Source: Octopus vulgaris
Lineage: Eukaryota
Assembly: GCA_951406725.2 (NCBI GenBank)
Contig: OX597820.1
Coordinates: 88,350,001-88,414,000, forward strand
DNA length: 64,000 bases
Direction: 5' to 3'
Positions within the stretch are counted from its first letter, which is position 1. Each line of letters starts with the position of its first letter. Below are positions 1 to 12,699 of this stretch, piece by piece. The notes beneath the pieces were generated by a model. The model did no database searches and had not been told where the DNA came from. It worked only from the letters and a program-made list of their open reading frames with translations. A program made the translations under genes and the position numbers.

Positions 1-670
1 ACCAACGTGACGCACCATTGCTGGCATCCAAGGTAACTTTGAATCATATGAAACTATGCATAACGTCCACAAGGAGCATTCAGGAAGACCACGGTCATCA
101 ACCAGCCCCGTAAAGGTAAAAACAATTGTTGTAAAACCTTCCACCTTTTCCAACAGAAATCTGTATGACAAATGGCTCGGGAGACAGGAATCCCCAAAAC
201 AAGCACTCATCGCATTTTGAAGTGGGTTCATTAGAAATGTTACACTGCAACATTAATCTACGCTCTAAATAAAAGATAATCTTGACAGGAGAGCTGAATT
301 TTGTAAGTGGTATCTCGGAAAAAGCGCGATGCAGCATTACTATCCAAAGATTTTGAGACCAGCTTTAAGTTGAATGGCTCAATTAACCGACACAATTGCA
401 CTTGCTGGGCTCCTAAAAATCCGTATGTTATTATGGAACATCATATGGACTTACCAGGGGTTACAGTGTGTTGGGGGATATCAGCATTGGGCTTCCTATT
501 TTATCAAGCTGTCATTGGTGATGTTTCCTTAAACTTGCTGCAAGAATCCGTCGATTCACGTGTCGAAGAGTTGTTTGGTGACGAAGAGATTTACTTTCAG
601 CAAGATGGAGCACCTTCCAACTACTATCGTGATGTGAGGGCTTATTTTGATGCTATTTTTCTGAACAGAT
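1..670 (+). pseudogene. Decayed Tc1/mariner-superfamily transposase fragment
   Basis: Translations ..HSGRPRSST.. (1-110), FKLNGSINRHNCTCWAPKNP and IYFQQDGAPSNYYRDVRAYFD match Tc1-like DDE motifs (F.LNG.VN.HN.R.W..ENP; FQQDGAP.H). Has stops and frameshifts and is cut by a SINE at 671. Confidence 0.8.
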
Positions 671-816
671 GTGCTCAACTGGTACTGATTTTATCGGTTC
701 GAAAAGATGAAAGCAAAGTCAACCTCGACGGAATTTGAACTCAGAACGTAAAGATGGACGACATACCGCTAAGCATTTTGCCCTGCGTGCTAACTATTCT
801 GCCAGCTCGACGCCTT
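671..816 (-). mobile_element. SINE family A (tRNA-derived head), partial
   Basis: Reverse complement reads aaggcg..gagctggcagaat..GTTCAAATTCC (B box)..gactttgctttcatc..gtaccagttgagcac; matches other copies in the window. Confidence 0.85.
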
Positions 817-1338
817 TATATAGTTGACATGATTAAAAGTAGTTGTAGTCTAAAGAATTTTTGTAGACCGTTGCCGAAAAAAATGTGAGGATAGAACCAG
901 TGAATGGATTCATTTGTTCATAAGCTGATGTCTTGGAGAATGAAAGTTGTTTAGATAATGGTCGAACACATGAACCAACTTCTGAGAGTAATGTTGTTTG
1001 ATGGCTCATATTGTTTAATGTGTGGTATAAGACTGAAGGAGAGATAAAGGGAGAGGAAGAGAGAAAGTAATAGAGAGAGAGAGAGAGAGAGAGGAAGAGC
1101 GAGTGAAAGGGGGAGCAAGTGGCCAGCAATATATAAAGAGTATTTTTTTTATTCTTTGATGGCTTTAGAGATGGTAATAGTAGCGCGAGACACATAACTT
1201 GTCAGAGATTTGAGATTAATGATGAGATGATCAAACACACACTTAACGATAGAAACAAGCGTTAATTAAACGTTAATTAACCTATTTTACTATTCAACTC
1301 TATGACATAATGATATTCTATATAACTAGCTATTTTAG

Positions 1339-1343
<5 letters not shown>

Positions 1344-1399
<56 letters not shown>

Positions 1400-1634
1400 G
1401 TGCTGTTTTAGTTGTTGTTGTTGTCGTCGTCGTCATCATCATCATTATCATCATTAAAGCAGAATCGTTAGCACGCCGGGCAAAATGCTGTTCTGAGTTC
1501 AAATTCCGCCGAGCTCGACTTTGCCTTACATCCTTTCGGGGTCGATAGAATAAGTACCAGTTGAGTACTGGGGGTCGATGTAATCGACGTAACCCCTCCC
1601 CAAAAATTGCTGCCCTTGAGGCAAAATTTGAAAC

Positions 1635-1689
<55 letters not shown>

Positions 1690-1754
1690 GTTGTTGTTGT
1701 TGTTGTTATTGTTATTATTGTTGTTCTTGTTCTTGTTATTATTATTATTATTAC

Positions 1755-1800
<46 letters not shown>
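1344..1800 (+). mobile_element. SINE family A (1459-1637) embedded in (ATT)n/(GTT)n microsatellites
   Basis: gcagaatcgttagcacg..gttcaaattccgccgag..ccttacatcctttcggggtcgat..ccccaaaaattgctgccc, flanked by trinucleotide arrays. Confidence 0.85.
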
Positions 1801-2420
1801 TGCTTTGTCATATTGTCGAAGACGGCGTCTTTTGGATTTTTTTTTATTACATTCATGATGATAAAGTCAGCTAACTCATTCATTCTTACGTCTTCGTATA
1901 ATTAAATTCGATTGTTGAAGTTGCATCGAATTTTTTAATTTTTTAATTTTTTTCTTGTTTCCTAACGGAAGAAAACGGTGCAAGTGCGAGCTGTAAACTG
2001 ACTCGACCTAGTAATAACCTTCTCTTGTACCACGTAAATTGCCATGATTCAAAGATATAAAATATAGTGGAAAAAAAATCACGATAATTCAATCTTGATT
2101 ACGTCTGGGAAGCATAAAATAGTTATTGAATTAATTAATGAAGTAATTATATCATATAATTTGATTAACCATAAAGCAGCTTGGAGAGGAAAAAGATGAA
2201 AACGAAAAGTATTTTCTTTTGGTAAAGAAGAAAGGAATGAAAGTCTTTTAATTACATCGCATGTTTGATATGCTGACCAACATTGGCATTGAGCGATCGA
2301 AAATATCAAAGTATCGTTAGAACGGCTTCGAATGTCTTTAGTGTTCTCTTTTTACATGTAGAAACTTGGAGACAACTATAACTAAAGTGATTTGTAACAT
2401 AGGCCACAAGACCATCACAT

Positions 2421-2453
<33 letters not shown>

Positions 2454-2475
2454 ATGTATATAAACGATAAACGTC

Positions 2476-2782
2476 GCCCTTTTCAAGCCTAACCAGGCTC
2501 ATGGGCCTGGTTTCCCGGTTTCTGTGGCGTATGCGTTCCCCCCAGCTGGACGGGACGCCAGTCCATCGCAGCGTTACTCAAGAAACAGGAAGAGAGAGAG
2601 TGAGAGAAAGTTGTGGCGGAAGAGTACAACAGGGGTCGCCACCACCCACTGCCGGAGCGTCGTGGAGCTTTTTTAAAGTGTTTTCGTTCAATAAACACAC
2701 ACAGCGTCCGGTCTAGGAATCGAAACCCTGATCCTCCGACCGCAAGTCCGCTGCCCTAACCACTGGGCCATTGCGCCTTCAT
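2476..2782 (-). mobile_element. SINE head D with tail 2
   Basis: Minus strand ggcgcaatggcccagtggttagggcagcggact..tttcgattcc, then tail ctgcgatggactggcgtcccgtccagctgggg; similar to 62081-62378. Confidence 0.85.
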
Positions 2783-2810
2783 GTGCATGTATATACCTGT
2801 ACCTATACAC

Positions 2811-3026
2811 TACTGGGTGCTGGAAAGTTCCTGGTTTTAAGGGCGTCGTGAAAGACCTGGTTGGAGGCCCAACCGCCCGAGTTCTTTTACAGGATTTAGA
2901 AGAACTGAGAGATCGCTGCAATAAGTGTGTGAACCTTAGAGACGAATACGTTGAATAAAATCATTAATTAACTTATCCTCCGGTAGTTTCTTTTACCCAA
3001 AACCAGGAAATTTTCAACACCTCATA
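2811..3026 (+). mobile_element. Mariner-derived MITE
   Basis: TIRs ggtgctggaaagttcctggtttt / aaaaccaggaaattttcaacacc. The interior encodes the transposase C-terminus GFRRTERSLQ in one frame and LEELRDRCNKCVNLRDEYVE* in another. A second partial copy lies at 40176-40290. Confidence 0.75.
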
Positions 3027-3117
3027 TATATAGACACGCACATGTACACACATATACACACAGCCACACGCACGCATGCACACACACACACACACACAGA
3101 TACACACACACACACAG

Positions 3118-3163
<46 letters not shown>

Positions 3164-3442
3164 TTCAGAATTTTTGTAATGGTGAATGTTGTCAATTAAA
3201 TCTACCCAGTACTTGTTTACTATTTATTTTATCGAGACCAGAAGGATAAAAAAAAAAAGTAAAGTTTGGGCATTAGCCAAATACTTAAGAGATTATGAGC
3301 GCCCCCAAGAGGTTGCCCCTAAATGGTTATTCGGTCTGCTACAACAACAGCCAAATCTCTCCCAGATCACATAAAAAACAAACGGAAAGATATTTTGGAC
3401 AGTATAGTCCCAAATACACTATGCTTGAGAAAAAACTGATCA

Positions 3443-3606
3443 TAGGCGTAGGAATGGCTGTGTGGAAAGTAGCTTGCTTACGAACCACATAGTTCCGTGT
3501 TCAGTCCTACTGCGTGGCACCTTGGGCAAGTGTCTTCTACTATAACCTCGGGCTGACCAAAGCCGTGTGAGTGGATTTGGTAGACGGAAACTGAAAGAAG
3601 CCCATC

Positions 3607-3672
<66 letters not shown>
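3443..3672 (+). mobile_element. SINE family C, 5' half, followed by (TA)n
   Basis: ggcgtaggaatggctgtgtgg..gttcagtcc..caccttgggcaagtgtcttc..gaaactgaaagaagccc, then (TA)~32. Confidence 0.85.
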
Positions 3673-3674
<2 letters not shown>

Positions 3675-3676
<2 letters not shown>

Positions 3677-4129
3677 GGTGGGTGTACCACGTCTTTTGAC
3701 ATCTGATCAAAAGCGCACCATGCTGATCACATTACAGGAAAATCTGACATTGTTTCAGGCAGATCCAGCTGGTTTCTTGAACGTTTCCCGAGCCAGGATG
3801 AGTGTTGGTTTCATAACTTTGGGCCAGAGACAAAGAGACAATCCTTGCAGCAGAAACACCCCTCCTCACCTACTCCAAGGAAAGGTAAAGTTGTTTCAGC
3901 TGCAAGAAAGATGATGATCTCAGTTTTGTAGGGATGCAAAAGGCATTATGTCTATTGACTATCTTGAAAAAGGCCACACCATCAATAGAGAGTACTATGA
4001 CAACTTGCTGAGGTAGTTACCAAGACCAAACGCCGAGGAAAACTGCCGAAAGAGGTCTTGTTCTATCAGGACAATGCTCCAGCATACAAGTCCTTAGTTT
4101 CAATGGATGCCGTGCGTAATTGTGGCTAA
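3675..4129 (+). pseudogene. Mariner transposase fragment (irritans/Himar-like, catalytic region)
   Basis: WVPRLLTSDQK, DAKGIMSIDYLEKGHTINREYY and LFYQDNAPAYKS motifs, with frameshifts and stops. Confidence 0.9.
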
Positions 4130-4172
4130 TCTGCTCTTTGGCGAGACACACTTCAGGTATGAAGCTCAAGTC

Positions 4173-4223
4173 TCACAAGACATAGACCCCGGACATTACT
4201 AGTCCGGGTTCTATGTCTTGTGA
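4173..4223. repeat. 22-bp inverted repeat (hairpin) with 7-nt loop
   Basis: tcacaagacatagaccccggac-attacta-gtccgggttctatgtcttgtga, one mismatch. Confidence 0.95.
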
Positions 4224-5487
4224 TAAAACTCTACTCACTTTCAACTCCTCAACAATCGGTGCCCTGCTGGCAGATGCCCCCTTATTACCTACTGTTGATA
4301 AATTGCAACTTTAGTTTTCTGGAAAGTTGGTGAATCGAAGTTTTAAATTGATTCGATTCGCGTATAAGAACTACGTTTCACTCTTCGAACAAAAATTTTT
4401 AAATCAGACAATAGAAAACTCAATTTTTTTTTATCCTTGCTTCTCTATACTTCTAAAACCGCTAAAGATTGTCTTCCTTAAATTATGGTAACATTTAAAA
4501 TGAAAACTAGTGTGGGTAGTTGTTAGTTTAGAAAGGAAGCTAGACTAGTGAAGGAGCCAAGCTAACAATAAGTTAGGCTAGTAAGACTTGTTAGTATAAA
4601 CAGAAGAAGGATTGGGAAAGGTAAGTAAATATATGTGAAATAATTAGTATTTCAGTGGACAAGGAGCATCTAGAAATAAATAGGCGATTTCACTGGTTGT
4701 CTTGTTTACTGTACTGCTGACAAAAGTGAATTGATGTAGCTGAGCAAATAACTATGAGAAGAGCGCATTTATTTAAACAGCTCATTGTTAATAACCAAAA
4801 AAACGTCTAGTTACATTGAAAACCGCCTATTTTTCTCAACACAGAGATATCCGTCATCTCACATCCCACAGATTTCGAACGAATCTAAAGAAAAAAGAAC
4901 TGAAACATTCATCTGAACTGTCATTGTACTTAGACTAACAACATTTTTTTAAAAAATCGTTCCTAACACAACTATGAAAATATGAAAAAAAAAAAAAAAT
5001 TTTTTAAAAGTCCCAAAACAACAAACGAAAAAATACTTCTATCACTCCAAATAACAAAACGAATTAAGATCCATGAATCTAAAGAAGGCTCTCTCTCCAC
5101 AAACCATTTCCTGTCTTTTGCATACAATCTTGTTGTTGGGTTGGTTAAATAGTTATGGATGTTTTTTTTGTTTTTTTTTGTTTTTACTTTTGTGTTTGTG
5201 TTTCTATCGAGGCTATACAAAGCAATCTGTCTATATGTTAGTTGACCCATCATATTTGAAGTTGTAGTCTTTTATTTGTATTTGATAAAGTGCTGTTGAG
5301 TTTCTAAGAGAAACATAAATGAAAAATAAAAGCAATATTGATAAAGCGTCAATTCATTCATTCAGATGGTATAGAAAACAAAAAAATGATAATAATTTGA
5401 AAGCAAGATGTCTAAATTGATATTGTTTCAGCATAAAATAATTCCCGTCTTACAGCTTTTATCTATAAGATTGACAATTATGAACTA

Positions 5488-5962
5488 CAGTATTCCCTCA
5501 CCATATCGCGGTTCACTTATCGCCCACTCAGCACATCGCAGATTTTTCTGGGTAATATACGCATATTTGTATCGCGGACTCCTCAGTATATCGCAGGCTT
5601 CTGCGGCCGTAGGTATTTCTATTTTCTTAGATTTTAACCATTTCTGTGGTAAAATAAGCATTTTCTCGCCTAAAAATTAATAAGTTAGTTAATAAAAATA
5701 GAGTACAGTGCTACACTGTATAATACATTAATAAAAAATATATTAAAAGAAAATCCGTAGATGAGTAAACAAAGAATTGCACATACTCTATGGAAAACGA
5801 AACTCGGGAGGCGAGTGTATGGTGTTGATTTGCATTTATAATAAAATAAATATATACAAATTATATAAATGATAAAAAAAATATATATACAGTACAGTAC
5901 TGTTTCTACTTTGCGGATTTTCACCTATCGCGGGAGGTTTTGAAACGTAACACCCGCGATAG
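5488..5962. mobile_element. Tigger/pogo-like non-autonomous DNA transposon
   Basis: TA|cagtattccctcaccatatcgcggttcac terminus, repeated tatcgcgg subterminal motifs, degenerate opposite end cccgcgata. Confidence 0.6.
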
Positions 5963-6305
5963 TATATGCGAAGACGTTTCCATAGGGTCCCTTGACATGC
6001 TAAAATTAGCTGCCAAGTTTTCTGAAAGCACGCCTTAAAAAAGGACCATAATGGAGAACTAGAGAATGTACATCCACATACACAAACACGCAGGATATTC
6101 GTGGTTTGAACGCATTTGATCACAGATCTGCTTGGCCAAAGTTGGGAGTACGACGATAACAATAACAACAACAACAACAATAGTTATAAACCCTTAATTT
6201 AATGCCAGACTTGAGATGTAAAAACCACGACACATTGAACTAATAACCTCGATCAAAATGGCGGACGGAGTGTAGTTGGTATTTCCTCAATTTTTTTTTT
6301 TACAC

Positions 6306-6522
6306 AAGGCGGCGTGTTTGCAGAATCGTTAACGCTTTGAGCAAATTGCTTAGAAGCATTTCTTCAGCCTCTTTAGGTTCTGAGTTAAACTTCTACCGCA
6401 GTCGACTTTGTCTTTTTACTCTTCCGAGGTCGATAAAATAAAGTTGGGCACTGGGGTCGATGCAGCCTACTTACCCCACTTCTCTCCAGATTGCTGGCCG
6501 TGAGCCGAAATTTGAAATCATT
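6306..6522 (+). mobile_element. SINE family A, diverged copy
   Basis: aaggcggcg..gcagaatcgtta..gtcgactttg..cttccgaggtcgataaaat. Confidence 0.8.
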
Positions 6523-6576
6523 GATTCTTTTACACACCTTACGAAACTACAGTTAATTATTACTACAGGATATCAT

Positions 6577-6630
<54 letters not shown>

Positions 6631-6636
6631 TTGATA

Positions 6637-6682
<46 letters not shown>

Positions 6683-6731
6683 CGATGATGATGATGATGA
6701 TGGTGATGGTGATGATGATGATGATGATGAT
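6577..6731. repeat. (TAA)n + (GAT)n microsatellite
   Basis: Seen directly. Confidence 0.95.
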
Positions 6732-6851
6732 TTTAGACTTTTGAAAATGTGAGTGAAAGGTGTCAATGCCCTTATCGCTTAAATTTGATAGTACGTTCTA
6801 GCTTCATTAATTATTTTTATTAGGTCTAGAATGACCTGGGAACTGAATCTA

Positions 6852-7365
6852 TTGGATCATCCCATAAATAATGCGGTTTTTTCAACTGCATGAACTAAAA
6901 GTCGGAGAGGTACAGGATAAACTACCTGCATCGACTAGCTATAAAAGCAGGTCGTAATTTTACCTAGTATTTATTCTGAATGCAAGTCCGATTTTAACAG
7001 TTATTTTTTCAAAGCTATATTGGAAGTGACAAAGGAGCATATTCAGCATATTTTGCTTTGTGAATTCAATAAAGGCAACAACGCAACGAAAAGTGCGAAG
7101 AATATTAATGCAGTACATGGGAATCGGACAATAAGCGTAAGCCAGTGTCAACGGTGGTTCCAGAAATTCCGAGCCGGAAGCTACAGCCTAGAAGACGAGC
7201 CTTGTCCTGGAATACCTGTAGAGCTCGACGAAGACGTTCTGCAAACCTTGGCGGAACAAAATCCCATCGTAGCTGTCGAGGAACTAGCAGAGAAGTTTGG
7301 ATTTGGTCATTCAGCCATTCATCGACACATGCGTGCCATCAGAAAAGTCAGCAAATTGGGTCAAT
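6852..7365 (+). pseudogene. Mariner element 5' part: left TIR and N-terminal HTH region of the transposase
   Basis: TA|ttggatcatcccataaataatgcgg TIR-like start. ORF 7020 EHIQHILLCEFNKGNNATKSAKNINAVHG..CQRWFQKFRAGSYSLEDEPCPG..GKVSKLGQ-like (IRKVSKLGQ) resembles the Mos1-type HTH. Confidence 0.9.
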
Positions 7366-8204
7366 TTGCATTTCAATTTCAAATCTCATCGCCCTTCTCG
7401 TGACGGATCGAGTAACAAGCTCTTCAGGAACATGTGGATTAAAGCAACATCTTAGTCGCATCACTGTCAAAATGCATACAGCTTGCACTGAAGTAAGATA
7501 AACACCAAATGAGAAACAATGTCTAGTAATGTTACGCTAACTACTTTAGTGTTCAACAGTTTCAGTAAACTTCCAGTCATCTTTAATAACAATAATGAAT
7601 TTAATGAGCCAGCGAGTGAGGCATCTCCGTGGTAGTTCAACCAGCTAGAAATAGCAACCAAATTTTCGAAAAAGAGTAAATGAAAGGAAATATACCATAT
7701 CGTAAGGAAAAAAAATCAAGTGTTTAGTATAAGCAGTGAAAGGTAAGACAAAATAATTGCTATGCCGTCGTGCAGTGCCTTCGCCCTCGTCTCACGCTCA
7801 GTTTGATAACAACAGTCTGCACATCGGTATGTGCATATTCACTATACTTCCTCTGTTTCTGCTCCTCACCCTCCTCTATGTCTTCTTACCTCTAACTGTC
7901 CTCCTGCCTTTAAACGCGTTATATTTCTCTTACTTCTCAGCGCTATCAATTTCCTCTCACTCTCACACCTTGTTAATTCCTCCTCTTTGCCGCTTTGCTT
8001 CTCACTTCAGCTATACTTCCTCAGCTTCTGTCTCTCCCACTTTGCCATTCTCTTCAACTATGTCTCCTTTGCTCGAAACCTTTTATTTCTCTAGTACTTT
8101 GCACCTCTTCCCTCAACATTTTTACCTCCTTTGAAGTAAATGTGACACACACCACAGGTACGTACAAAAACAAAAACAAAAAAAAAACTAGCGTATTAAT
8201 ATTA

Positions 8205-8650
8205 TTGATAACAAAGTTCAGAAAATATAAAGATTTGCTAATCGAAAAGATGTGGCATCTCAAGACGGTTAAAATACCAATGATTGCTAGAGCACTTGGA
8301 ATGATAAAAAAAAGGAACTGAAAATTATCTGAGAATGATCCCTGTCTTACCATCCATGCAGGAAGTGCAAAATATTGATTTAACTGGTTCGTCACACGTA
8401 CTGAGAAGAGCATTGTCGCTGTGAATTTTCTTTCCTTTCCCCTTTTTATTTTCTTTGTTTATTTTTATTTTTTTATCTTTTCCTTTTTCTCTGAAACTGT
8501 CTTCGCCTTTTTCTCCATCATGTGACTTTGTAAATGAACAATCTGGTGTGTTTATTTTAATGGCCTACCAATGTATACATTTCTCTTCCTTGGTTGTCAG
8601 GAAGACACACGGCAAGAAATGGAAACAGAATTCAAAGGAGATGATGATAA
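8205..8650 (+). mobile_element. R4/Dong-like non-LTR retrotransposon 3' end (restriction-like endonuclease C-terminus and 3' UTR)
   Basis: KFRKYKDLLIEKMWHLKTVKIPMIARALGMIKK / GTENYLRMIPVLPSMQEVQNIDLTGSSHVLRRALSL*; ends in a GAT/AAT repeat. Confidence 0.75.
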
Positions 8651-8668
8651 TAATGATAATTATTATTA

Positions 8669-8903
8669 TTTCTACTCTAGACACAAGGCTTTAAAAATGT
8701 TGTGGGGAAGGAGCTAGTCGATTACATCGACCCCAGTGCGTAACTGGTACTTATACCATCAATCCCGAAAGGATGAAAGGCAAAATCGACCGCGGCGGAA
8801 TTTGAACTCAGACGAAATACCGCTAAGCATTTCGCCCGGCGTGCTAACGATCCTTCCAGTTCAGCGCCTTAATAATGATGATGATAATGATGATGACGAT
8901 GAC

Positions 8904-8939
<36 letters not shown>

Positions 8940-9170
8940 AATAACAATAATGATAATAACAATAATAGTGATTTCAAATTTTGGGCACAAGGCCAACAAG
9001 TTAGGGGTAAGTCGATTACATCGACCCCAGTGCTCAACTGATTTTATCGACTTATTTTATCGACTCCGAAAGGATACGAGGCAAACCCTACCACGGCGGT
9101 ATTTGAACCCAGAACGTAAAGACGAGTGAAATACCACTAAGCATTTTTGTCAGACGTGCTAACGATTCTC
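8669..9170 (-). mobile_element. Two SINE family A copies (8669-8870, 8970-9170) separated by (GAT)n
   Basis: Both contain atcgaccccagtg..gaaaggat..ggc(a)aa..gaatttgaactcag/gtatttgaacccag..taagcattt..gtgctaacgat. Confidence 0.85.
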
Positions 9171-9804
9171 TGAAAAACGGTTTCTTCACTCTGCACGCTT
9201 CTCAGACAGGCGCTTGACCCAGCCAAGCCTCCCTCAATCACACCAGTATCGTACGTTGATACAAGGGTAGATATTAGTTGGGAAGTTATTTATTTTGTTT
9301 GTTTATTTATCCCAAGCAAGACCATGCTGGAGCCATCCATTAGGTGAAGGTGAAATGGAATTATTTGGTTGATAGACCTGGCATTTCTGCCCATCGATTT
9401 GGCCATTTCCTCTTACGACTAACGAGAGGAATTTCTAGTAATTCATACGATGGTCCACTTGCTAGATGATGTAATATCATAGGCCTGAAAGTAGACTTTC
9501 AGTTGACACATCACCTCATGCCCTCTGCTCACCCTTTCAACTAATGATCGAACGAACGTAGAAATTTCAAAGGTTCACCCAAGACTTATTGACATTCAGT
9601 GACAGGAATCGAAATTGTGGGAGTAAATCTGAAGGCTAAGTTAACACACACACACACACACATTCAATACCATATACACACACTCACTCACATGCACATA
9701 TTCACTCATACACACACACACACTCACAGACACATACATACACACACACTCCCTCTCTCTCTCTCGTCTGTTGTATAGTACTATATAATGGTGAACAGTA
9801 TATG

Positions 9805-10035
9805 TTTCTTTATTACCCATAAGGGGCTAAACATAGAGGGGACAAACAAGGACAGATAAACGAATTAAGTCGATTACATCGACCCCAGTGCGTAACTGGT
9901 ACTTAATTTATCGACCCCGAAGGGATGAAAGGCAAAGTCGACCTCGGCGGAATTTGAACTCAGAACGTAACGGCAGACGAAATACGACTACGCATTTCGC
10001 CTGGCGTGCTAGCGGTTCTGCCAGCTCACCGCCTT
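9805..10035 (-). mobile_element. SINE family A, long-tail subfamily, full length with imperfect TSD
   Basis: Complete head and tail; flanks taatggtgaacagtata / taatggtgagcagtata. Confidence 0.9.
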
Positions 10036-10853
10036 ACTGTAATGGTGAGCAGTATAACTGTAACGAAGTATCTATTTATATATAATTTTTTATTTAGCAT
10101 ATAACATAACTGCCGATAATAGAATACAAGCTAATTACTCTGTTTCGACTGTTTTTACAAGAAAAGCTCTAGATTTAGACATTTGCTTAATGTATTGTGA
10201 TTTTACGGTCCCAACAGAACTTCTTAAGTGTGGCGTTTAGCTCTGTTTTAATGGTGTTAATCAAATGAAAGAAATATCTTTGCAGCTAATATTCCCAGAT
10301 GATCCGGTACCTATTTAAATTATTTAACGTTTAAAGCAAATTCCATATTTTTAAGTCAACAAATATTCATTGCTGTAATTTTTTTACAGTGCTATTATTT
10401 CGCCACTAAATCAACAGGTTATATTGAAGCTATATTTTACATAGATAATGCGAAAACGTGCAAACTTGTCTTGATTAATATAGTATTTTGTTATTATTTT
10501 TTGTGGTCCTCTCGTATAATTATTTACTCCTAATCAAAATCCATTGATTGTGGATGTATAACAAGGAACATAACATTCTTCTCCCTCTCATGATCATGAA
10601 ACAGCCTCGTGTTTTTCACTGTGTATTCCTCTATGTTGTTCAACCATCCATTTCGTTGGATACCTATACTTTTGTATCTACCGAGGGTTTGTCCATACTT
10701 TATGATATTCATTAAAAGTAGGCTGTCTTAAAAATCGTATAACAGAGTGAAACAACATTTTCTTCCTTTTGACAATTAACAGAAGGGGTTCGTTGTTCGT
10801 AGTCTTCTCAACAGTACCTACCTTATGCAATTGTATAATTGTATAATTGCACC

Positions 10854-11197
10854 ACTTTGTTTCTTCACAACAATCTGAAAAATAGGTACTTTTTGATAAA
10901 ATATTTCTACAAATAATTTTTAGATGAATGATATTGATTATGATTATACCGGAATTTAACGCGAAAAAAAAAATGGTGGACGTGCATCATACACACTGGC
11001 GCACATCACATACATGCCTATAAAATGAAACTTGAAATTCTAAAACAGTTATGTAATGTGTGCCAGTAAATATAAGTGCGCGACCACCATTTTCTTTTTT
11101 ACATTAAATTCCCCTATAATAGGATTGTACAAGATCTGTTTGTAGAAAATTTCATTTTAGTATATCCATTTTTTTTAAAGTTATGAGGAAACAAAGT
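10854..11197. mobile_element. Degenerate foldback/MITE-like palindrome (about 155-bp arms)
   Basis: actttgtttcttcacaa..ggaatttaacgcgaaaa..aatggtgg..ctggcgcacatcacata is mirrored by tatgtaatgtgtgccag..ccaccatt..ttaaattcc..ttatgaggaaacaaagt. Confidence 0.7.
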
Positions 11198-12049
11198 CGA
11201 GGAGGTGTGGTACTTGCGTAGATATACTCAATTACTTCCTAAACGTCCTAGTTACATCGGTGTTTTGTACATGGAATAAGGAACATCTTCCATCTTGTTT
11301 TTCACTTTCAGTATTTCAGTATTGAGAAAAACTAATTTAACAAAAATATATTTATTTCTATCAGATGCAGAAATAAGGAATTTAGACGTTGGAACAGAAT
11401 ACATTGTGATGTAGTCAGTAATTGCTCTTTGGCTGATGGTCATATGATGATGGGTTAGCAGAGATATATCCCCGCCTCTAGAGGATGTGCAATAACTCCC
11501 AAATTGCAATTAAGACGGGTGCCATATGAGAAGGAAAGATAATCCCAAGAATTAAGAATTCTTCATAGTTGATATACCTTTAACGAAAAGAACAGGATTT
11601 TTGTCTGGAGATAAGGGTACAGTCATAGACGCGTGTTTTTGCCTCAGTAAGCGTCATCAGCGCGCAAATTGTCCAACCTTATCGCAAGCAATCAAGGGAC
11701 TTAGGCTTATAAAACAAAAAGAGCAGAACACATTTACGGCCTTGGTAATTTGCATAATTTGAAGAAAAATGAACTGAGAGAAATAATTCAAAATGCACAG
11801 TGACATGTATATGAACAATATAATCTTATTGTCTAGAGGCGAAGATAATCTTAACGAATCAAGAATTTCTGTTGTATGGTATTTAATATAATCTGTATAT
11901 TATTTACATTATTTACATTTGACGGACATTCGAACTGAACACAGTGATGACATTTAGTAGAGATGACCCGGAAGTTGTTCCTCTTTGATTACTATCGCAA
12001 ACAGTAGTAACTTTCTTCAACTGAATACATGTCGTTGATTGGTTAAAAT

Positions 12050-12260
12050 TAGTTGAAATTTGCAGAAAACGAAAACACGAAAACAGGTTCAACAAACAGT
12101 ATATTAGTTTAACGCTCAGGAAGGTGAGAAAGTCTTTTACGTTTCGAACCCACACCCTTCAGTAGAAAGGAATACGAGGAAATAAACAGAACCCCCCCCC
12201 CAAAAAAAAACCCAGAATAAACAGAATAAAAAAAAAACTTTTGGAGCTAGCGTACCGAAA
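12050..12260 (-). mobile_element. Penelope-type short repeat (family H2) with degenerate hammerhead motif
   Basis: Minus strand cctttCTACTGAAgggtgtgggttcGAAAcgTAaaaga; homologous to 19470-19660, 16560-16740, 25215-25400 and 38805-38995. Confidence 0.65.
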
Positions 12261-12399
12261 TAGGACAACTTTAACACGAAATTTTGTCAAAAATGTTGAA
12301 GTAAACCGTGTTCAGCATGAGAAATTACACCAGTATACGAAGTTTCAAACTGTTTGGTTAAAAAAGAAATTTTTTAATTTGTAAGAGATACTGAACAGA

Positions 12400-12655
12400 T
12401 CCCACAAGACTTTGGTCGGCCCGAGAATATAGTGAAACACATTTGCCCACAGTGCTAGGCAGCAGGACTGAGCCCGGAACCATGTGGTTGGGAAGCAAGT
12501 TTCTTACCACATAGCCAAACTATGCAGGCGTTGGAGTGGCTGTGATAAGTAGCTTGCTTACGAACCATATAGCTCCGGGTTCAGTCCCACTGCGTGGCAC
12601 CTTGGGCGAGTGTTTTCTACTATAGCCCGTCGTATATATGTATATATATATATAC

Positions 12656-12699
<44 letters not shown>

